Shown here: in pieces, positions 1 through 10,039 of the stretch | Position numbering within the stretch: position 1 is the stretch's first letter | Layout of the letters: each line of letters starts with the position of its first letter | From: an uncultured Gammaproteobacteria bacterium | GTDB lineage: Bacteria; Pseudomonadota; Gammaproteobacteria; Ga0077536 | DNA length: 64,000 nucleotides | Direction: 5' to 3' | NCBI GenBank assembly: GCA_964642505.1 | Contig: CAZXQY010000003.1 | Span: forward strand, 324-64,323 | Translations under genes and position numbers: made by a program | The notes under the pieces: model-generated | Seen by the model: the letters and a program-made list of their open reading frames with translations, nothing else | What the model was told of the DNA's origin: nothing | Databases searched by the model: none

Positions 1-465
1 TTACCTTACAACCTTGCCACCCCTATGGTTTTGCATCTTTTAAACAGCCGGTCTCTGTTCTCAAAGCTGGTCCTCATGACCCAGCTAGAAGTGGCAGAAA
101 GAATGGTCGCCGCACCCAATACGCCTAACTACGGAAGGCTAAGCATAGCTATTCAGAGAAAAACCCAAGTGCACTTGCGTTACCAGGTAGAGAACACTTG
201 TTTTTATCCTAAACCAAAAGTCACTTCAGCTCTCGTCGAAATCAAACCCACATTCCTAGAAAACCAAGGATATTTAGAAAGCCAACTGGATACAATAACC
301 CGTTCCGCTTTCGGTAATCGACGTAAAACTATAACCAATTCGCTCCGAGAATTTTTCTCTAAAAACGATATTTTATCGTGTGGACTAGATCCGAAGAGCC
401 GTGCGGAAAACCTGTCTATTGAGGATTACGAAAAACTCGCGCGACACAAAAATGAACACCTATAG
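1..465 (+). CDS. rsmA: 16S rRNA (adenine1518/1519-N6)-dimethyltransferase RsmA/KsgA. The 5' end is truncated at the window edge and the open frame runs from nt 1.
   Basis: The translation LPYNLATP...FYPKPKVTSALVEIKP...RRKTITNSLREFF...RAENLSIEDYEKLA matches the C-terminal half of KsgA. The reading frame is open back to nt 1. Confidence 0.85.
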   Translation, partial: LPYNLATPMVLHLLNSRSLFSKLVLMTQLEVAERMVAAPNTPNYGRLSIAIQRKTQVHLRYQVENTCFYPKPKVTSALVEIKPTFLENQGYLESQLDTITRSAFGNRRKTITNSLREFFSKNDILSCGLDPKSRAENLSIEDYEKLARHKNEHL

Positions 466-519
466 AAGACTGGACATAGATGAAAGAAAAAAATAAATAC
501 TAAGCGAGATTTCCATATA

Positions 520-1053
520 ATGATTCTAAAAACGGTCTATGGGTTTCTCAAAGCGATCAAGGAACCCATGGAAACCACCCTTCAGAAATCGGGCTCACTA
601 ATTGGTGGGCTTCTCATTTTGATGGTGTCTTTGACTTTTTACGATGTGGTCATGCGATATGTCTTCAACGCAGGCTCGGTGGGAACGCAAGAACTGGAAT
701 GGCATTTATTTGCGGCCATATTCCTGCTAAGTGGTGCTTATACTTTAAGAGAAGATCAGCACGTGAGAGTAGATGTGTTCTATCGAAGTAAATGGTTTTC
801 AAAACGAGCACAGGTCGGAGTTGATATTTTCGGAACTGTTTTTTTCTTAGTGCCATTCTGTCTAGTAGTAATATGGACATCAATACCTTTCGTTTACGAC
901 GCCTATCTGCATAGCGAGATGTCTCCCGATCCAGGGGGACTAAAGTATCGGTGGATAGTTAAATCTATGATTCCTTTTGGGTTTTTTTTGTTATTACTCC
1001 AAGGGTTAATGAGTATTGCGGACAGGTTACCCGTCTTGTTTAAACAGAAATGA
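520..1053 (+). CDS. TRAP transporter small permease (DctQ-like)
   Basis: 177-aa protein with four TM helices. It overlaps the downstream large-permease gene by 4 nt, the usual DctQ-DctM arrangement. Confidence 0.8.
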   Translation: MILKTVYGFLKAIKEPMETTLQKSGSLIGGLLILMVSLTFYDVVMRYVFNAGSVGTQELEWHLFAAIFLLSGAYTLREDQHVRVDVFYRSKWFSKRAQVGVDIFGTVFFLVPFCLVVIWTSIPFVYDAYLHSEMSPDPGGLKYRWIVKSMIPFGFFLLLLQGLMSIADRLPVLFKQK

Positions 1054-2348
1054 ACGGTTTATTAGCGCTGGGTATGTTTATAACCCTGGTTATCACACTT
1101 TTATTGGGGTATCCGGTGGCTTTTACATTGGGCGCAATTGCTCTTTTCTTCGGCATACCAACACTAGGGCTGGATATATTCTCTCTACTCCCGATGAGAA
1201 TCTTCGGCATTATGACTAATTTCACACTCCTGGCTGTGCCGCTTTTTATTTTTATGGGAGTAATACTGCAAAGATCTGGTCTCGCCGAACGACTACTTGA
1301 AGATATGGCTCAAATATTCGGTCGCCTTAAGGGTGGGCTAGCCATTTCAGTTGTGCTGGTAGGTGTGCTACTTGGAGCGACAACAGGTGTGGTCGGGGCA
1401 ACAGTTGTGACTTTAGGAGTAATAGCTCTTCCCATCATGATTTCAAATAAATATCCAAACGACTTCACTACAGGAACCATAGCAACGGCTGGAACACTTG
1501 GACAAATTATCCCTCCAAGTATTGTTCTAATTTTATTAGCGGATATAATGGGGGTACCCGTCGGCAAACTGTTTATTGGCGCAATTTTACCTAGCGCAAT
1601 CTTAGTTTCTCTTTATTTGTTATACATAACTGTTTATGCAGCGATAAACCTGCAAACATTACCAAGTCCCCTCCTAAATAAACCCTCTAAATGGACGTCA
1701 TTAGCGGCATCTATTACCCCGCCTTTATTATTAATTACGCTAGTTCTCGGCTCTATAATTCTCGGCATCGCATCGCCTACGGAATCTGCCGCTCTGGGTT
1801 GCGTAGGTTCAATTTTCCTGGCCTCTAATTCGGGAAATTTCAAAGTTTCTTCCGTAATAGAATCCGCTACTTATACTGTAAAACTTACTTCAATGGTTTT
1901 CTTGGTTTTAATCGGCGCCACAGCCTTTTCTCTAGTCTTCAAAGGATTGGGAGGAGACGTAGTTATCCGAGACAGTATGGCTTCGTTTGAATCAAGCAAA
2001 GTCATATTCTTGGTTCTAAGTATGTTATTAATTTTCCTTATGGGATTTTTCCTGGACTTCATAGAAATCTGTTTCATAGTGGTACCCATTCTAGTTCCTA
2101 TGTGCCCCTTCCTCGGTATTGATCCACTTTGGTTTGGCCTGATGATTGCGATAAATCTACAAACATCCTTCTTAACACCGCCCTTCGGATTTTCCATATT
2201 TTACCTAAAAGCGGTCTCCCCAGCCGAAATCAAAACAACAGAAATTTACAAAGGAGTATTGCCCTTTATTTTGATACAAATAGTAACTTTGATTATTTTG
2301 GCTCTTTTCCCCGAACTGGTGCTCTGGCTTCCGAAAACAATATCCTGA
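1050..2348 (+). CDS. TRAP transporter large permease (DctM-like)
   Basis: 432-aa polytopic membrane protein with DctM-family sequence features, translationally coupled to the upstream small permease. Confidence 0.85.
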   Translation: MNGLLALGMFITLVITLLLGYPVAFTLGAIALFFGIPTLGLDIFSLLPMRIFGIMTNFTLLAVPLFIFMGVILQRSGLAERLLEDMAQIFGRLKGGLAISVVLVGVLLGATTGVVGATVVTLGVIALPIMISNKYPNDFTTGTIATAGTLGQIIPPSIVLILLADIMGVPVGKLFIGAILPSAILVSLYLLYITVYAAINLQTLPSPLLNKPSKWTSLAASITPPLLLITLVLGSIILGIASPTESAALGCVGSIFLASNSGNFKVSSVIESATYTVKLTSMVFLVLIGATAFSLVFKGLGGDVVIRDSMASFESSKVIFLVLSMLLIFLMGFFLDFIEICFIVVPILVPMCPFLGIDPLWFGLMIAINLQTSFLTPPFGFSIFYLKAVSPAEIKTTEIYKGVLPFILIQIVTLIILALFPELVLWLPKTIS

Positions 2349-2363
2349 TTTACCCAGTACAAT

Positions 2364-3188
2364 TTACTTTATATTTTGCCTTAGCCTCCTGATAACCGGT
2401 CCCGTATCCGGAAAATAACCATGCCATGTTCTAAAAGATTCCGCCGCTTGCTCTACTAACATACCAATACCATCTACAGCTAAGGCGGCGCCCATCTCTA
2501 CAGCCCAGTTAACAAAAGATGTTCCACCCGGTCGATAAGCTAAATCATAGCAGATTGTTTTCGGGCCGATCGCATTGCGATCAACCAAGGGAATTTCATC
2601 AGAAAGGCTCAACGAAGTGCAGTTCAATATTAAATCTAGCGGTTTTTGCGGCCTCTCACCCCACTCAAGGATTGTAATATTTCTTGACGCATCTAACTCT
2701 GCAAAGCGTAACGATTTCTCAAAGGTTCTATTCGTGATCGTAAGTGACCATGGCCTCCTATCCAAAATAGGTCCTAATATTCCCCTTGCAGCACCACCGG
2801 CACCGACAATTAGGATTTTTTTGTCCTTCAAAGAAAAACCAATGTTTTGTTCAATATCTTTAATGATGCCAATGCCATCGGTGTTGTCAGCAAAGGTTTT
2901 CCCTTCCGAAAACCATAGAGTGTTAGCCGACTCGGCAGAGATTGCTCTATCAGAAGGCTCGTCTGCCAAATGGAAAGCCTCCCCTTTCAACGGAACAGTT
3001 GCGTTGATCCCAACCACATCTTCGGTTTTCGCCCTGGCTAAGAATTCTGCTAGATCACCACTGCAGATTCTCTTTTTTTGATAGTCTATAGCTAATCGAA
3101 ACTGGGAAGCGAACTCCAGGTGAATAAAGGGTGATTTACTATGATCTATCGGATCCCCAACCACATAAAATTTCTTAACTATAGTCAT
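2364..3188 (-). CDS. aroE: Shikimate dehydrogenase AroE
   Basis: GDPIDHSKSPFIH, NATVPLK, DNTDGIG and a VGAGGAARG Rossmann motif. The ATG at 3188 gives an MTIVKKFYVVGDP N-terminus like other AroE proteins. The longer ORF from a TTG at 3215 is less likely. Confidence 0.85.
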   Translation of the reverse strand: MTIVKKFYVVGDPIDHSKSPFIHLEFASQFRLAIDYQKKRICSGDLAEFLARAKTEDVVGINATVPLKGEAFHLADEPSDRAISAESANTLWFSEGKTFADNTDGIGIIKDIEQNIGFSLKDKKILIVGAGGAARGILGPILDRRPWSLTITNRTFEKSLRFAELDASRNITILEWGERPQKPLDLILNCTSLSLSDEIPLVDRNAIGPKTICYDLAYRPGGTSFVNWAVEMGAALAVDGIGMLVEQAAESFRTWHGYFPDTGPVIRRLRQNIK

Positions 3189-3235
3189 GGGGATGAAATT
3201 GTAACCCTCGAACAAGCTGAGACAGAAAACTAACC

Positions 3236-4282
3236 TTATCCTTTGAGTAGACCACCTTGGATAACATACGTTTTAAACCCTCGCTCACCCAATAGAAAAG
3301 CTGCGGCCGAACTTTTCCTTTCTGTATCACAATAAACTACATACGAAATTTTAGGATCCAACGAATCAACTTCCAGGCGTAACATAAACAGCGGGATATT
3401 AAGGCTACCCTCGATTCCGTTGTTCCGAAATTCCTCCTCTAATCTGACATCCAGGAATTTCGCTCCTCCTTCCACTAACTCTAAAGCCTTTTCCATAGAA
3501 ACCTTACTTAACATAGGCTCTTTTAATAATTCTTCGAAATCTTCGGATGCTAGTCGCATGAGTGAGCCGTTACTTTCCATCACTACGGAAGCATTTCTAG
3601 CAGAACCCGACACCAACGCTTCCTCCCCGAAAGCCATCCCGACACCTAACGTCGCAAGAGTTATATCGCTGCCGCCGCCTTTAGACTCTCTAGTAACTTT
3701 AGCCGAACCCTTTCTAATGATGTAATAGATATCGCCTTCATCCCCTTGATTAACTACAAGCTGTCTAGCACTAACAGAAATTTCTTCCATTTTCATGAAC
3801 ATAGCTTGAATATTAGCCGCTGGAACATTGAAAAAGGCCTTTTCTCTAAGCATTAAAGTCATCCAATCCTGATCAACCTCGTCTTCCGCTGCTTGCCCAA
3901 TTTCACTCACCTCTATACCGCTTACTTGATCCCATGTGGTCAAAATATCCAGCAGATCGCTATCTATTCGGGTTATCTTACATTCGTTATCAGCTTTCGC
4001 GGTATGTTGCCTCGGCTGGAAATTAGCCAAAGGCTTGCGCGCTTTTTCGGTTCCAGATCTTAAAAGAGTCTTTTTTCCGTCGTCACCTACTAGACTGATA
4101 TCACCCTCTAGTAGATATATGGTTTTGCGGTCCACATCACCAGATTGAAAAATCTGCCTTCCAGTAGCAATCTTCTCAACCGTGGCTTTTCCAGCTAATT
4201 CTTGAAAGTTCTCTGCATTAAGTGGATGCGGAAGTGAGAGCTCCCTGAGTACCTTTATATCGATTCTATCGCCGTCATTCAT
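3236..4282 (-). CDS. Protein with tandem cyclic-nucleotide-binding domains and a C-terminal rhodanese (sulfurtransferase) domain
   Basis: Two CAP-family cNMP folds; the second is well conserved (VVNQGDEGDIYYIIRKGSA...FGEEAL...RNASV). The C-terminal rhodanese has a catalytic-loop cysteine (VVYCDTERKS). Confidence 0.7.
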   Translation of the reverse strand: MNDGDRIDIKVLRELSLPHPLNAENFQELAGKATVEKIATGRQIFQSGDVDRKTIYLLEGDISLVGDDGKKTLLRSGTEKARKPLANFQPRQHTAKADNECKITRIDSDLLDILTTWDQVSGIEVSEIGQAAEDEVDQDWMTLMLREKAFFNVPAANIQAMFMKMEEISVSARQLVVNQGDEGDIYYIIRKGSAKVTRESKGGGSDITLATLGVGMAFGEEALVSGSARNASVVMESNGSLMRLASEDFEELLKEPMLSKVSMEKALELVEGGAKFLDVRLEEEFRNNGIEGSLNIPLFMLRLEVDSLDPKISYVVYCDTERKSSAAAFLLGERGFKTYVIQGGLLKG

Positions 4283-4386
4283 AAAAGCATCTTACATCTT
4301 TCGGGGTCCCGAACCTATTACTTTCTCCTTGAAACCAACGATTCTCGATCCGGCTTTAGTATTGACCCAACACACAGATAATTATT

Positions 4387-4411
4387 CTGGAGGCAGCACT
4401 ACTGCCTCCAG
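4387..4411 (-). terminator. Perfect 10-bp stem / 5-nt loop hairpin immediately downstream of the amtB stop. It lacks a clear U-tract and may be a terminator or processing site.
   Basis: ctggaggcag-cacta-ctgcctccag, read directly from the sequence. Confidence 0.45.
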
Positions 4412-4426
4412 ATAATCGCGAATCCC

Positions 4427-5704
4427 CTACAGGATATAACCTCTTTCATTATGTTCAGCTATATCCAGGCCTTTAGACTCATCCTCATCGGAAGCTCGTA
4501 AACCATTTATAGCCTCTACTACTTTTAAAATGACGAAAGTAACAACTGCACACCAAACTATAGTAGCGAATACTCCTATCACTTGAACCTTAAGTTGCGA
4601 GCCCATAGCCATACCATCCCGATAGCCGGCACCACCGTATTCCGCTGCAACAAAAACTCCTGCCAGAATACAACCGAGCATGCCGCCGACACCATGTACA
4701 GGAAAGACATCTAAAGAATCATCTATTTTTAAGGTTCTCTTGATGGATTGTGTAGCAAAATAACAGACGACACCAGCAGCTAATCCTATAATCAGACCTC
4801 CCACCGGACCCACATATCCAGACGCTGGAGTAATAGTACCTAGACCAGCAACCATTCCAGTCACGATGCCTAATACGCTTGGTTTTCCATATCTGAGCCA
4901 CTCTATAGTCATCCATGCCAGAGAAGCTGCAGCCGCAGAAATGTGTGTAACCAGCATCGCCATACCGGCGTCATTATTTGCCGCTACAGCGCTGCCAGCA
5001 TTAAAGCCGAACCACCCAACCCAAAGCATTGATGCGCCCATAACAGTTATTGTTAAGTTGTGAGGCGGCATTGGAGTATCTGGAAACCCTTTTCGATTTC
5101 CCAAAACCATCGCTGCTACTATCGCCGCCACGCCCGCATTAATATGTACGACAGTTCCGCCAGCAAAATCAAGGAAGTTCTTATCCCCTAACCAGCCTCC
5201 GCCCCAAACCCAGTGGCATACGGGCGCATACACCAAAATTAACCAGAACACGCTAAACAGTAGTACCGAAGAAAATTTCATCCTCTCAGCAAACCCACCT
5301 ATGATAAGGGCTGGTGTGATAATCGCAAAGGTCATCTGAAACATCACGAAAACCGTCTCAGGAATTGAGCCGCTCATGCTGTCTTTAGCCACATCAGTGA
5401 GAAATAAATTACCCGACCCTATAAAAGCGTTGTATTTTCCCCCATCGCCAAACGCCAATCCATAACCCACTGCCATCCACACAATTGACATCAAGCAAGC
5501 GAGAGCAAAACATTGCATTAACACCGACAACACATTTTTACTGCGAACCAGTCCGCTATAAAAAAGCGCCAAACCCGGCAAAGTCATGAACAATACTAAA
5601 GCTGTCGACGTCAACAACCAAGCACTGTCACCCGTATCGATGGTATCCCCAAAAGCCGATCCCGACGACAGAAATACAGTTAAACCAAGAATTAAACGAA
5701 ACAT
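4427..5704 (-). CDS. amtB: Ammonium transporter AmtB (with N-terminal signal peptide)
   Basis: Amt/MEP family signatures (DFAGGTVVHINAG, GxxxGNRKG). Start placed at MFRLILGLTVFLSSGSAFG (signal peptide). Directly downstream of glnK. Confidence 0.9.
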   Translation of the reverse strand: MFRLILGLTVFLSSGSAFGDTIDTGDSAWLLTSTALVLFMTLPGLALFYSGLVRSKNVLSVLMQCFALACLMSIVWMAVGYGLAFGDGGKYNAFIGSGNLFLTDVAKDSMSGSIPETVFVMFQMTFAIITPALIIGGFAERMKFSSVLLFSVFWLILVYAPVCHWVWGGGWLGDKNFLDFAGGTVVHINAGVAAIVAAMVLGNRKGFPDTPMPPHNLTITVMGASMLWVGWFGFNAGSAVAANNDAGMAMLVTHISAAAASLAWMTIEWLRYGKPSVLGIVTGMVAGLGTITPASGYVGPVGGLIIGLAAGVVCYFATQSIKRTLKIDDSLDVFPVHGVGGMLGCILAGVFVAAEYGGAGYRDGMAMGSQLKVQVIGVFATIVWCAVVTFVILKVVEAINGLRASDEDESKGLDIAEHNERGYIL

Positions 5705-5791
5705 TTCTATTCCCTCCCTAATAAAAAGAACGCCTTTGTACTCGTATAAAGACGTCCTCTCATACAAATATATTTTCGAACGATTTTTATG

Positions 5792-6214
<423 letters not shown>

Positions 6215-6334
6215 TTATAACAGCCGGCATTTTTGTTTATCCAGACAAAAAAATCCACCTTCCACCAGAGATCTCTATCCTTTCATAGAGACAGTTTACA
6301 AATGTCTATCAAACTATTCTTTTTAAACTAAATA

Positions 6335-7579
6335 TCATTTAGTAAATTCAGGATAAGCCTCTAATCCACAATCCGTAACATCCAACCCATCACTTTCTTC
6401 TTCTTCAGTTACACGAATGCCAATAGTCGACTTTATCGCAGTCCAAAGTATTAAGGAGGTAATGAAAACCCACCCGAATATTACTACGATACCCAATATC
6501 TGGGAGCCCATGCTAGCTTCGCTGTTGCTCAGACAAACGGCCAGCAATCCCCAAATTCCAGCAGTACCGTGAACCGATATCGCGCCTACGGGATCGTCGA
6601 TTTTTCTCTTATCTAAAAATAGAATAGACAAAACAACTAAAATACCACCTATCCCTCCTATTATCGTAGCCAAAAGCGGCGTGGGGGTTAACGGTTCTGC
6701 CGTAATAGAGACCAACCCGGCTAGGGCACCATTTAGAGCCATGGTTAAATCCGCCTTTTTGAACATAAATTGCGACGTAATCAACGCCAAAATGCAACCT
6801 CCCGCAGCAGCAGCGTTTGTATTTACAAAAATTAATGCGACAGCATTAGATTTTGCCACATCCGAAACAACTAGTTCCGACCCACCATTAAAACCGAACC
6901 ACCCAAACCAAAGCAGGAAGGTTCCTAATGTTGCGAGCGGCAAATTGGCTCCAGGAATTGCGTTGACCTGTCCGGCGGGTCCATATTTTCCTTTCCGAGC
7001 ACCCAGCAGCATGACGCCTGCCAAGGCCGCCGTCGCTCCGGCCATATGTACTACTCCCGAACCCGCAAAATCCAAGAAACCTTTTTCGTCAAGGAAACCT
7101 CCACCCCACTTCCAGTAGCCCTCGATCGGATAAATGAAACCAGCCATAAAAACCGCGAACAGTAGAAAAGACCATAATTTCATTCGCTCAGCTACTGCGC
7201 CCGAGACAATCGACATCGCTGCAGCCACAAATACCGCTTGGAAAAAGAAATCGGACAGATTCGAATAATAAATCTGACCTTCACTGGCAATCACAGCGGC
7301 TGCCTCATTGTCTGTACCACCTAAAGTAGAGGGAAGCCCTGGCACCAGGGAGTTTATCGCTTCGGGAGGGTACATTAAGGAATACCCGCATAGGAGATAC
7401 ATTGTACAAGCCACCGAATATAGTACGATGTTCTTTGTCAAGATTTCGGCGGTATTTTTAGATCGTACCAGGCCAGCTTCGAGCATTGCAAAGCCACAGG
7501 CCATCAACATCACAAATGCTCCCATAACCAAGAAATAAAAAGTATCGAGCGCATATTTTAACTCTACGACGGATTCCAC
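6335..7579 (-). CDS. Ammonium transporter (second copy, no obvious signal peptide)
   Basis: Amt family protein of 414 aa (DFAGSGVVHMAG, GARKGKYG), directly downstream of a second PII gene. Confidence 0.9.
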   Translation of the reverse strand: MESVVELKYALDTFYFLVMGAFVMLMACGFAMLEAGLVRSKNTAEILTKNIVLYSVACTMYLLCGYSLMYPPEAINSLVPGLPSTLGGTDNEAAAVIASEGQIYYSNLSDFFFQAVFVAAAMSIVSGAVAERMKLWSFLLFAVFMAGFIYPIEGYWKWGGGFLDEKGFLDFAGSGVVHMAGATAALAGVMLLGARKGKYGPAGQVNAIPGANLPLATLGTFLLWFGWFGFNGGSELVVSDVAKSNAVALIFVNTNAAAAGGCILALITSQFMFKKADLTMALNGALAGLVSITAEPLTPTPLLATIIGGIGGILVVLSILFLDKRKIDDPVGAISVHGTAGIWGLLAVCLSNSEASMGSQILGIVVIFGWVFITSLILWTAIKSTIGIRVTEEEESDGLDVTDCGLEAYPEFTK

Positions 7580-7618
7580 TTTTGATATCCTCCTAATATT
7601 CTTTGTTTTATATTCCAG

Positions 7619-7957
7619 TTAAAGCACGGCAGAGATCGCATCTCCTCTGCGGATCCTTAAGACTTCCAAAAACTTGCTTGCGGAAATTTTTCGGCCACCT
7701 ATTTCACCGGTCTCGCATGTTGCCTTGATAGCTTCGACCACGTTTGGAACCAAATCCTTATCAACTACCACTTCTACTTTCGTTTTCGGTAAAAAATCAA
7801 CTTGATAGTCAGAACCTCTATAGAGCTCAGTAAGTCCTTTCTGATATCCAAAACCTTTCATTTCTGGAACAGCAGGTCCCTTTACGCCTATCTGCGTGAG
7901 AGTTTCTATGAGATCATCTATTTTGAATGATTTGATAACCGCAGTTATGATTTTCAT
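7619..7957 (-). CDS. Divergent P-II (GlnB/GlnK-like) signal-transduction protein
   Basis: PII fold of 112 aa. The T-loop reads GFGYQKGLTELYRGSDY (Arg38 to Tyr, His42 to Leu) and the B-loop reads GEIGGRKISA instead of [10 protein letters not shown]. Confidence 0.8.
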   Translation of the reverse strand: MKIITAVIKSFKIDDLIETLTQIGVKGPAVPEMKGFGYQKGLTELYRGSDYQVDFLPKTKVEVVVDKDLVPNVVEAIKATCETGEIGGRKISASKFLEVLRIRRGDAISAVL

Positions 7958-8069
7958 CTACTTTCCTCTTTTTTAAACCGAAAATCTCATTCAACGTTCA
8001 CTAATCACCTCGCTTGAATCAAATTTTGCATTTTACAAATATTTAATCTGTATATATTCACTAACCCAA

Positions 8070-8085
8070 AGCACATGTCGTGCCA
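8070..8085 (-). promoter_or_regulatory. Candidate sigma-54 (-24/-12) promoter for the upstream glnK-like/amt operon
   Basis: The minus strand reads TGGCACG-ACAT-GTGCT, which is the consensus TGGCACG-N4-TTGCW with one mismatch. It lies about 110 nt upstream of the PII start codon. Confidence 0.45.
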
Positions 8086-8260
8086 ATCTTGCCCGATTAC
8101 TTTTCTAAATTGGTTTCGCACAGATTTTCTGTCAGAATGGCCGGAAAATTTAGTAATGAAAAAAAGATGGTGCACCCTAGAAGCTCAGTTGAACAACCTG
8201 TGCGCACAATAATGGGGCACGCAAACTATCTTTATATATAACCAAAATGGAGAAATACCT

Positions 8261-8506
8261 GTGTTATTAAATTTAAACAGTCTCGAGAAATTAGCCTCTG
8301 CGATAAGCTCTTTTTTACCAGGCCAGAACGAGGAGCTGAGAGAAGAGCTGAAAAAGAATATCAAACCCGTTTTGTCTTCAATGTTAAAAAAAATGGATCT
8401 GGTAACTCGAGAGGACTTTGAACTACAGCGATCTATTCTTAGAAAGACGCGAGAAAAGCTAGAACGACTGGAGCTTAAAATAGCTGATTTGGAGAAACAC
8501 GAATAA
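8261..8506 (+). CDS. ubiK: Ubiquinone biosynthesis accessory factor UbiK (YqiC/BMFP family)
   Basis: 81-aa coiled-coil protein. The segment DLVTREDFELQRSILRKTREKLERLELKIADLE aligns with E. coli YqiC/UbiK. GTG start with a GGAGAAA ribosome-binding site. Confidence 0.7.
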   Translation: MLLNLNSLEKLASAISSFLPGQNEELREELKKNIKPVLSSMLKKMDLVTREDFELQRSILRKTREKLERLELKIADLEKHE

Positions 8507-8686
8507 ATTGTTCCTATCCGATTTCTAAAGTAAAAAGAAGAAAATCTGATTGACATCCAGAAAATCAAAAGGCATAAAACCGTCCGAAATGACTACTTCT
8601 TCTAGTTCTCTGGCACCAGGAAAACCTTGCCCCCTACTAGGAATTAAAATGAGTATAAAAATATTGGCGAAATGTAGTTAGTCCTC

Positions 8687-9523
8687 ATGGCTACCTATGC
8701 TATAGGGGATATCCAAGGCTGCTTCGATGAATTTCTAGAACTTCTAGATGTAATTGACTTTGACAAACGTAAAGACCAGCTATGGTTGACTGGAGATTTG
8801 GTCAATAGAGGTCCTAAATCTTTGTCAGTTTTACGGAAAATAAGAGAATTGGGAGACTCGGTTGTTTCCGTGCTAGGCAATCATGATCTCTACCTAATAG
8901 CTTTGGCCCGTGTGCCTAAGATGTTCTCCGGCTACCAACACACCCTTGAAGAGATTCTTATGGCTCCAGACAAACATGATCTAATAGATTGGTTAAGCTC
9001 CCTGCCTTTTATTCACTATGATAAAGATTTGAATTTTGTGATGGTCCATGCGGGTCTATATCCATCGTGGGATTTAAATGAAGCCAAGGTTTATGCGGGA
9101 GAGATTGAATCCCAACTAAGAGACAACGACTTAATAGACTATTTTCTCGCTAACGTTTATGGAGATGATCCGCGTCGTTGGCGAACTAGCTTATTAGGCA
9201 TAGAACGAATGCGTTTTATCACAAATAGTTTCACTCGTATGCGCTATTGCACAAAAAAAGGAACCTTAGACCTCAAAGAAAAAAAAACGCCCAAACTGGT
9301 TTCTCCGAAATTGATGCCTTGGTTTGCCGTTCCGTCTAGAACTAACATCAACTGTTCCATAGTTTTTGGGCATTGGTCAACACTTATACTTTCTCCAGAA
9401 GAAAAAAAGAATTATAAAGTTTATCCAGTGGATACCGGAGCAGTTTGGAAAGGAACTTTAACGGCAATACGAATAGATGATCTTAAACACTTTACAACAG
9501 TTCCAAAAACGACTGGAAGATAG
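8687..9523 (+). CDS. apaH: Bis(5'-nucleosyl)-tetraphosphatase (symmetrical) ApaH
   Basis: The N-terminal metallophosphatase motifs YAIGDIQGC...GDLVNRG...GNHD are typical of ApaH. Length 278 aa. Confidence 0.85.
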   Translation: MATYAIGDIQGCFDEFLELLDVIDFDKRKDQLWLTGDLVNRGPKSLSVLRKIRELGDSVVSVLGNHDLYLIALARVPKMFSGYQHTLEEILMAPDKHDLIDWLSSLPFIHYDKDLNFVMVHAGLYPSWDLNEAKVYAGEIESQLRDNDLIDYFLANVYGDDPRRWRTSLLGIERMRFITNSFTRMRYCTKKGTLDLKEKKTPKLVSPKLMPWFAVPSRTNINCSIVFGHWSTLILSPEEKKNYKVYPVDTGAVWKGTLTAIRIDDLKHFTTVPKTTGR

Positions 9524-9532
9524 TTCGAGATA

Positions 9533-10021
9533 TTAATAACGTTCTAATATTTTAAAAGAAAATCCATACTCGTGTTTAGAATCCCGAGAATATCGATCAA
9601 CCGTCTTTATTTCCCATTCTGAAAGGTCGAGTTCGGGGAAATAAACATCGCCGTCCCAAATATTTGCTTCAACCTCGGTTAAATAAATTCTTTTCGCCAT
9701 GGGCACGCACTCGCGATAAATCGTTTCACCACCTATGGCTAATACCTCGTCTTCTTCCCTCAAACTATCCAAAGCTTGATTTAGAGTCGCGTACACTAAA
9801 CACCCGGTCTGAACTTGATCAGGCTGACTCGTTATCACTATATTTTTTCGACCAGGGAGGAGACAGCCGATCGAGAGGTGTGTTTTTCTTCCCATAACAA
9901 TAGCCTTGCCCATCGAAAGTTCTCTAAATCTCTGAAGATCCCTAGGTAGTTTCCAAGGGAGCTCTCCCCTTCTACCGATAACTCTGTTCCTGTCACACGC
10001 TACGATAAGGCTCAAAAGCAA
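9533..10021 (-). CDS. folA: Dihydrofolate reductase
   Basis: Type I DHFR of 162 aa (IVACDRNRVIGRRGELPW...GRKT). Adjacent to thyA. Confidence 0.9.
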   Translation of the reverse strand: MLLSLIVACDRNRVIGRRGELPWKLPRDLQRFRELSMGKAIVMGRKTHLSIGCLLPGRKNIVITSQPDQVQTGCLVYATLNQALDSLREEDEVLAIGGETIYRECVPMAKRIYLTEVEANIWDGDVYFPELDLSEWEIKTVDRYSRDSKHEYGFSFKILERY

Positions 10022-10039
10022 CTTATAAAACCTATAGAT

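Noticed and set aside
6681-7118. 145-aa plus-strand ORF and other 60-150-aa ORFs inside or antisense to the amt, uvrA, carboxylase and korA genes (for example 13076-14185, 50689-52209, 16922-17521)
   Set aside because: They lie antisense to or out of frame with long, well-supported genes. They have low-complexity, codon-mirror composition and no start or ribosome-binding-site support.
8168-8226. TGGTGCACC and TGCGCAC/GGGCACGCA elements as bona fide NtrC enhancer sites
   Set aside because: They do not fit the TGCACC-N5-GGTGCA dyad spacing and are mentioned only as candidates. Confidence is too low to list as features.
8600-8650. TGGCACcaggaaaaccTTGCcc upstream of apaH as a sigma-54 promoter
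   Set aside because: The spacing between the GG and GC elements is 10 nt rather than the required 4-5 nt, and apaH is not expected to be RpoN-dependent.
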